From assembly GCA_944380825.1 (NCBI GenBank), contig CALWIX010000106.1, positions 1 to 57,277 on the forward strand: a stretch of DNA of 57,277 nt, read 5' to 3'. A program made the position numbers and the translations under genes. A model generated the notes under the pieces. That model searched no databases. It was not told where the DNA came from and saw nothing but the letters and a program-made list of their open reading frames with translations. Every line of letters begins with the position of its first letter. Position 1 is the stretch's first letter. This document shows, one piece after another, positions 53,691 through 57,277 of the stretch. Source of the stretch: an uncultured Clostridia bacterium (lineage in GTDB: Bacteria > Bacillota > Clostridia > Oscillospirales > Acutalibacteraceae).

Positions 53691-54607
53691 ACCCTCCTTA
53701 TGGAGGGAATTTTACTCGAGCGGTGTTCGCCGGCTTCCGGCTCTTCTGGAATCAGTAGGTTTTCCAGTTCGCTTCTCAGGGTTTCCCTCGTATAATCCCG
53801 TGTAAGAAGCCCATTGACTGCCATAGAAATCTGGCCGGTCTCCTCTGAAACCACTACGATAACAGCATCGGAAACCTCGCTTAAACCAATGGCGGCGCGA
53901 TGACGTGTTCCAAGCTCAATGCTTACGCTGTCGTTTTTCGTCAGCGGCAGAATACATCCTGCCGCATATACCTTTCCAGCACGGATCACCATTGCCCCAT
54001 CATGCAGTGGAGCTTTATTCCAAAAAATATTTCCAAGAATCGGAGGTGATGGTTCCGCGTCCACTACGGTTCCGGTATCGATAATCTCACCGAGCTTTGT
54101 CTGACGCTCAAACACAATAAGCGCCCCTGTTTTAGATTTCTGAAAGCTCCCAGCTACATCTACCACTGCGTTGATCGCCTTGCGCACCTGCTGACGAAGA
54201 AGCTCCTCCTCATTCTTAGCCGAACTCATAAACCAGCTCTTTGTAGCCAGACCCTTTCCAATTTCTGTACGGCCGATCTGTTCCAAAGCACGCCGAATCT
54301 CTGGCTGAAATACAACCAAAAGAGCGATCATACTGAACTGGAAGAAATAATTGAATAAACTCTTGAGCATATAAAGCTGCAGATAGGATGACAAAATCCA
54401 CGCAAGTAAAATGATCAAAAGTCCCTTCACAAGCTGACCGGCACGTGTTTCACGCAAAAGCTTAATCGCGCTGTAGATAATGAAGGATATGATAATAACA
54501 TCAATCGCGTCTGTTATTTTAAACGACTCGATCAACTCCATGATAATATTCCATGTGCTGTAAAGCCATTCTTCAAAGGTCTCCCAGCTCGTTGAAATCC
54601 ACTCCAT
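53678..54607 (-). CDS. cdaA: diadenylate cyclase
   Basis: Three N-terminal TM helices, then the DisA_N core LHDGAMVIRAG and LGTRHRAAIGLSE. ATG 54607 (MEWIST) is preferred over track start 54637. Confidence 0.9.
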   Translation of the reverse strand: MEWISTSWETFEEWLYSTWNIIMELIESFKITDAIDVIIISFIIYSAIKLLRETRAGQLVKGLLIILLAWILSSYLQLYMLKSLFNYFFQFSMIALLVVFQPEIRRALEQIGRTEIGKGLATKSWFMSSAKNEEELLRQQVRKAINAVVDVAGSFQKSKTGALIVFERQTKLGEIIDTGTVVDAEPSPPILGNIFWNKAPLHDGAMVIRAGKVYAAGCILPLTKNDSVSIELGTRHRAAIGLSEVSDAVIVVVSEETGQISMAVNGLLTRDYTRETLRSELENLLIPEEPEAGEHRSSKIPSIRRVWKK

Positions 54608-54861
54608 AAATCTTTCCTTCCCCAAGGCCGACCCCAATCGTACGCTTTAAGCCCACAAAGCCGCCCGGCTGTTGATTAAAAATCATATACATCCATACTT
54701 ACCGCTTTTCCCCTTCTTTTTGTATACTTTCTAATGCAAAAACACATTGTATGCGGTCAAAATATGGAGTTTACGACCTGCTACACCTGCAGCAGTACAT
54801 AGAGTCCAACTTCACTTCTGTAAATATTTTACCATAATTTAAAGGATATGCAATGCCTTTT

Positions 54862-56010
54862 TTAAGATTTTGCGGAAATATTGGCCACCGCTCTGGAAAA
54901 GGCAGTTATCTCATTGGGGGTAGTAAACGCCGAAGGACAAACGCGCACAGCTCCCTGCTCTATGGTGCCCATAAACTCATGAGCTGCCGGTGCACAATGC
55001 AGCCCTGGACGTACTGCAAATCCTCTCTGATCCAAAAGTTGGCCTACTTCTTCGCTGGCCATTGTGCGAATGTTGAACGACAGCACAGGGGCATAATAAG
55101 GAGCACGGGGACGTTCCGTATACAAAATTACACCTTTCGTCTGCGACAAACGGTCATAGAGCTGATCCAAAAGCCCTAATTCATGCTGATAAATTCGCTG
55201 CGGCCCTTTCTTTTCTACAAATTCAATCCCGGCACGCAATCCAGCAATTCCGGGCAGATTCGGCGTGCCAGATTCCATCCGCTCCGGCCATGATTCCGGC
55301 TGGTGCATCTGCCTAGATTCCGTACCCGTTCCGCCCTCGATAAGTGTATCTAAACCAGAGGGCTCTGCCGCTACAAGAATTCCCGTCCCCATAGGACCGT
55401 ACAGACCTTTATGGCCCGCAGCGCATAGCCACGAGATCCCGCTGTCTTGCAAATCAAGTGGAAGAACCCCTGCACTTTGCGCACAATCTACTGCCATAGG
55501 GATTCCATATTCTCGTGCGAGAGCCGCAATACGCTCTATGGGGAGACGGATTCCCCAAACGTTAGAGGCATGGGTACAGAAAATGAGCGTCGTATTCGCC
55601 CGCAAAGCTTTACGGAATGCGTCGAGTGTGGCGTCATTATCACCCGGTACCACTTTAGCCTGGGTAAAAGTTACACCACGCTCCTGTGAAAGCTTTTGAA
55701 GTGGGCGCATAACGGCATTGTGTTCCATGCAGGAGACCACTACATGATCTCCTTGCTTGAGATGCCCTTTGAGCACCATATTTACCGCCTGTGTACAACT
55801 GGGTGTAAATACAACACACTCTGGTCCCGGCGCTCCAAAAAGCCGCGCGGCCGCCTCTCGACAATGATAGATCTCTGCAGCCGCTGTTGTAGACATTGCG
55901 TGGCCGCTCCTGCCCGGATTGGCACCATACACGCGCATGGCACGGTTTACTGCTTCATATACCCTGGGCGGTTTCGGCCATGTCGTTGCGGCATTGTCCA
56001 GATAGATCAT
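54862..56010 (-). CDS. class-V aminotransferase-fold PLP enzyme (cysteine desulfurase / selenocysteine lyase family)
   Basis: MIYLDNAATTWPKP start and PLP-lysine context LCAAGHKGLYGPMGTGIL. Confidence 0.88.
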   Translation of the reverse strand: MIYLDNAATTWPKPPRVYEAVNRAMRVYGANPGRSGHAMSTTAAAEIYHCREAAARLFGAPGPECVVFTPSCTQAVNMVLKGHLKQGDHVVVSCMEHNAVMRPLQKLSQERGVTFTQAKVVPGDNDATLDAFRKALRANTTLIFCTHASNVWGIRLPIERIAALAREYGIPMAVDCAQSAGVLPLDLQDSGISWLCAAGHKGLYGPMGTGILVAAEPSGLDTLIEGGTGTESRQMHQPESWPERMESGTPNLPGIAGLRAGIEFVEKKGPQRIYQHELGLLDQLYDRLSQTKGVILYTERPRAPYYAPVLSFNIRTMASEEVGQLLDQRGFAVRPGLHCAPAAHEFMGTIEQGAVRVCPSAFTTPNEITAFSRAVANISAKS

Positions 56011-56231
56011 CCCCGGCGCCTCCTCTCGAGCCTGCCGAGCACCCGAAACCCCCGCTCTCGTAAAAGAGCTTCCGCCTCATCTGTATGCTCCGGCACATAG
56101 ACGCCGTAGCCACAGCCCGTCTCCGAATGGATCTTCTCTATCGAACATCGAAAGCCGCGGCTTTTAAGCAGGTCACGGCCCTTCATGGCATACGTGATGG
56201 AAGTCAGCCAGAGAATCGGTCTGTCGTCCAT
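56007..56231 (-). CDS. DUF3343-like small protein (putative S/Se carrier)
   Basis: 74 aa. TSITYAMKGRDLLKSRGF ... ETGCGYGVYV matches the DUF3343 pattern as I recall it. ATGA overlap with the downstream PLP enzyme. Confidence 0.65.
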   Translation of the reverse strand: MDDRPILWLTSITYAMKGRDLLKSRGFRCSIEKIHSETGCGYGVYVPEHTDEAEALLRERGFRVLGRLERRRRG

Positions 56232-56355
56232 CCAAAATCACTCCTCTATGAAATAATTTAAGGCTCCTTTCTCCGTCTGCCAGAATTCCAAATTTTTCCG
56301 ACAGGGTATGGAGCCCCTATCCACAGAGTATGCAGCAGATGGGCCTTTTGCTTGT

Positions 56356-56844
56356 CTAAGAAAGTGACGCGACAGACTCGATTAGGCACACGGAATGCGC
56401 TGAAATTCCCTCTCCGGCACCAGTAAACCCCAAATGTTCTTCTGTTGTCGCTTTAACACTCACATTATTTACAGGAATACCACAACACACGGCGAGCTTC
56501 TCCCGCATGACTGGAATATAGGGAGCAAGTTTAGGAGCCTGGGCGATAACCGTAGCATCGATATTTCCAATACAGTAACCGTTTTCGCGGAGCAGCGCCA
56601 CAACTCGTCTGAGTAGGATCATACTGTCAGCATTTAAAAATTCCGCGGATGAATCGGGAAACAGCTTTCCCAGATCACCAAGCGCCGCCGCACCCAGAAG
56701 TGAATCCATCACGGCATGGACAAGCACATCTGCATCCGAGTGGCCCAGAAGACCTTTTTCGTATGGAATTTCCACGCCACCCAAGATTAGCCGACGTCCT
56801 TGAACCAGCTGGTGGACGTCATACCCGTGACCGATCCTCATCAT
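56356..56844 (-). CDS. ispF: 2-C-methyl-D-erythritol 2,4-cyclodiphosphate synthase
   Basis: [12 protein letters not shown] and [13 protein letters not shown]. Confidence 0.92.
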   Translation of the reverse strand: MMRIGHGYDVHQLVQGRRLILGGVEIPYEKGLLGHSDADVLVHAVMDSLLGAAALGDLGKLFPDSSAEFLNADSMILLRRVVALLRENGYCIGNIDATVIAQAPKLAPYIPVMREKLAVCCGIPVNNVSVKATTEEHLGFTGAGEGISAHSVCLIESVASLS

Positions 56845-57277
56845 AACGTATTCCTTCCTTTCAAAGCGGCTTCCGCTGCGGGAAGATCTTCTCTTGTTGT
56901 CAATTTTAAATTAGAATAGCTTCCCATACATAGATGAACTGCCTGTCCGGCGGCTTCTATAAGCTGGCAGTCATCCGTATAGTCTTTTCCCTGCTCGCAT
57001 GCAAGCTGCACAGCCCGACGATACAAATTACTTTCAAATACTTGAGGCGTCTGTACGGCCCACAAAGAAGCTCTCTCCGGAGTGGATATGACCATTCTCT
57101 CTTTATCTACTACTTTGATGGTATCTTTCACCGGCACAGCCAAGGCACTTGCGCCAAACAGTTGCGCGTCACGTACCACTCTGTCGATTTCTTCCGGCAG
57201 GATTAGTGGACGCGCACCGTCATGTATAGCGAAATAAGCGGCGTCTTCCAACTGCTCTACGCCGTTAATCACCGACT
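56841..57277 (-). CDS. ispD: 2-C-methyl-D-erythritol 4-phosphate cytidylyltransferase; N-terminus cut by window edge
   Basis: [10 protein letters not shown] and VPVKDTIK motifs. The frame stays open to the window end. ATGA-type overlap with ispF. Confidence 0.88.
   Translation of the reverse strand, partial: SVINGVEQLEDAAYFAIHDGARPLILPEEIDRVVRDAQLFGASALAVPVKDTIKVVDKERMVISTPERASLWAVQTPQVFESNLYRRAVQLACEQGKDYTDDCQLIEAAGQAVHLCMGSYSNLKLTTREDLPAAEAALKGRNTL

Noticed and set aside
1-57277. Scan for CRISPR repeats, tRNA/rRNA, IS elements, integrases, toxin-antitoxin pairs or known defence-system genes.
   Set aside because: I found no regularly spaced direct repeats and no cloverleaf-like or rRNA-like segments in the gaps larger than 150 nt. 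No transposase, recombinase, nuclease or ATPase signatures appear among the ORFs. The accessory content here is metabolic, not mobile or defensive.

Overview
This 57,277-bp chromosomal window reads like a Clostridia-class Firmicute: GGAGG ribosome-binding sites, frequent 1-4 nt gene overlaps, AT-rich spacers and hairpin+T-run terminators. I support 48 protein-coding genes. Two are cut by the window edges, and the left-hand one is missing from the ORF track because it has no in-window stop. I also call about a dozen intrinsic terminators or hairpins and several sigma-A-type promoters. I see no rRNA, tRNA, CRISPR array, transposase, integrase, phage or recognisable defence genes. Housekeeping blocks are deoB-udp, acpS-nnr, uridine-kinase-like/hemZ/MBL/lipase/relA/recJ, ybaK, HU, cdaA-cdaR, class-V aminotransferase+DUF3343, and ispD-ispF. 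There are four accessory blocks. (i) 1-9.5 kb holds sugar-acid/2-hydroxyacid genes: an IlvD/Edd dehydratase, a DapA-family aldolase, garR and an aldo-keto reductase-ferredoxin fusion. (ii) 14.1-26.4 kb is a cytoplasmic glycan-utilisation locus: an ABC importer, an unassigned 853-aa protein, two paralogous FAD-dependent oxidoreductases split by a 278-nt GC-rich structured spacer, and a GH38 alpha-mannosidase. (iii) 26.8-30.9 kb is a divergon of a glyoxylate-carboligase-like ThDP enzyme, an IclR regulator and an orphan LarA-family (nickel-pincer) racemase/epimerase homologue. (iv) 44.4-47.4 kb holds a cytoplasmic beta-helix protein and an SGNH esterase. The best candidate for something undescribed is block (ii), a glycan locus built around flavoenzymes rather than additional glycosidases. 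Block (iii) is second. All functional calls rest on motifs I can read in the translations and on remembered family signatures; no database search was run.
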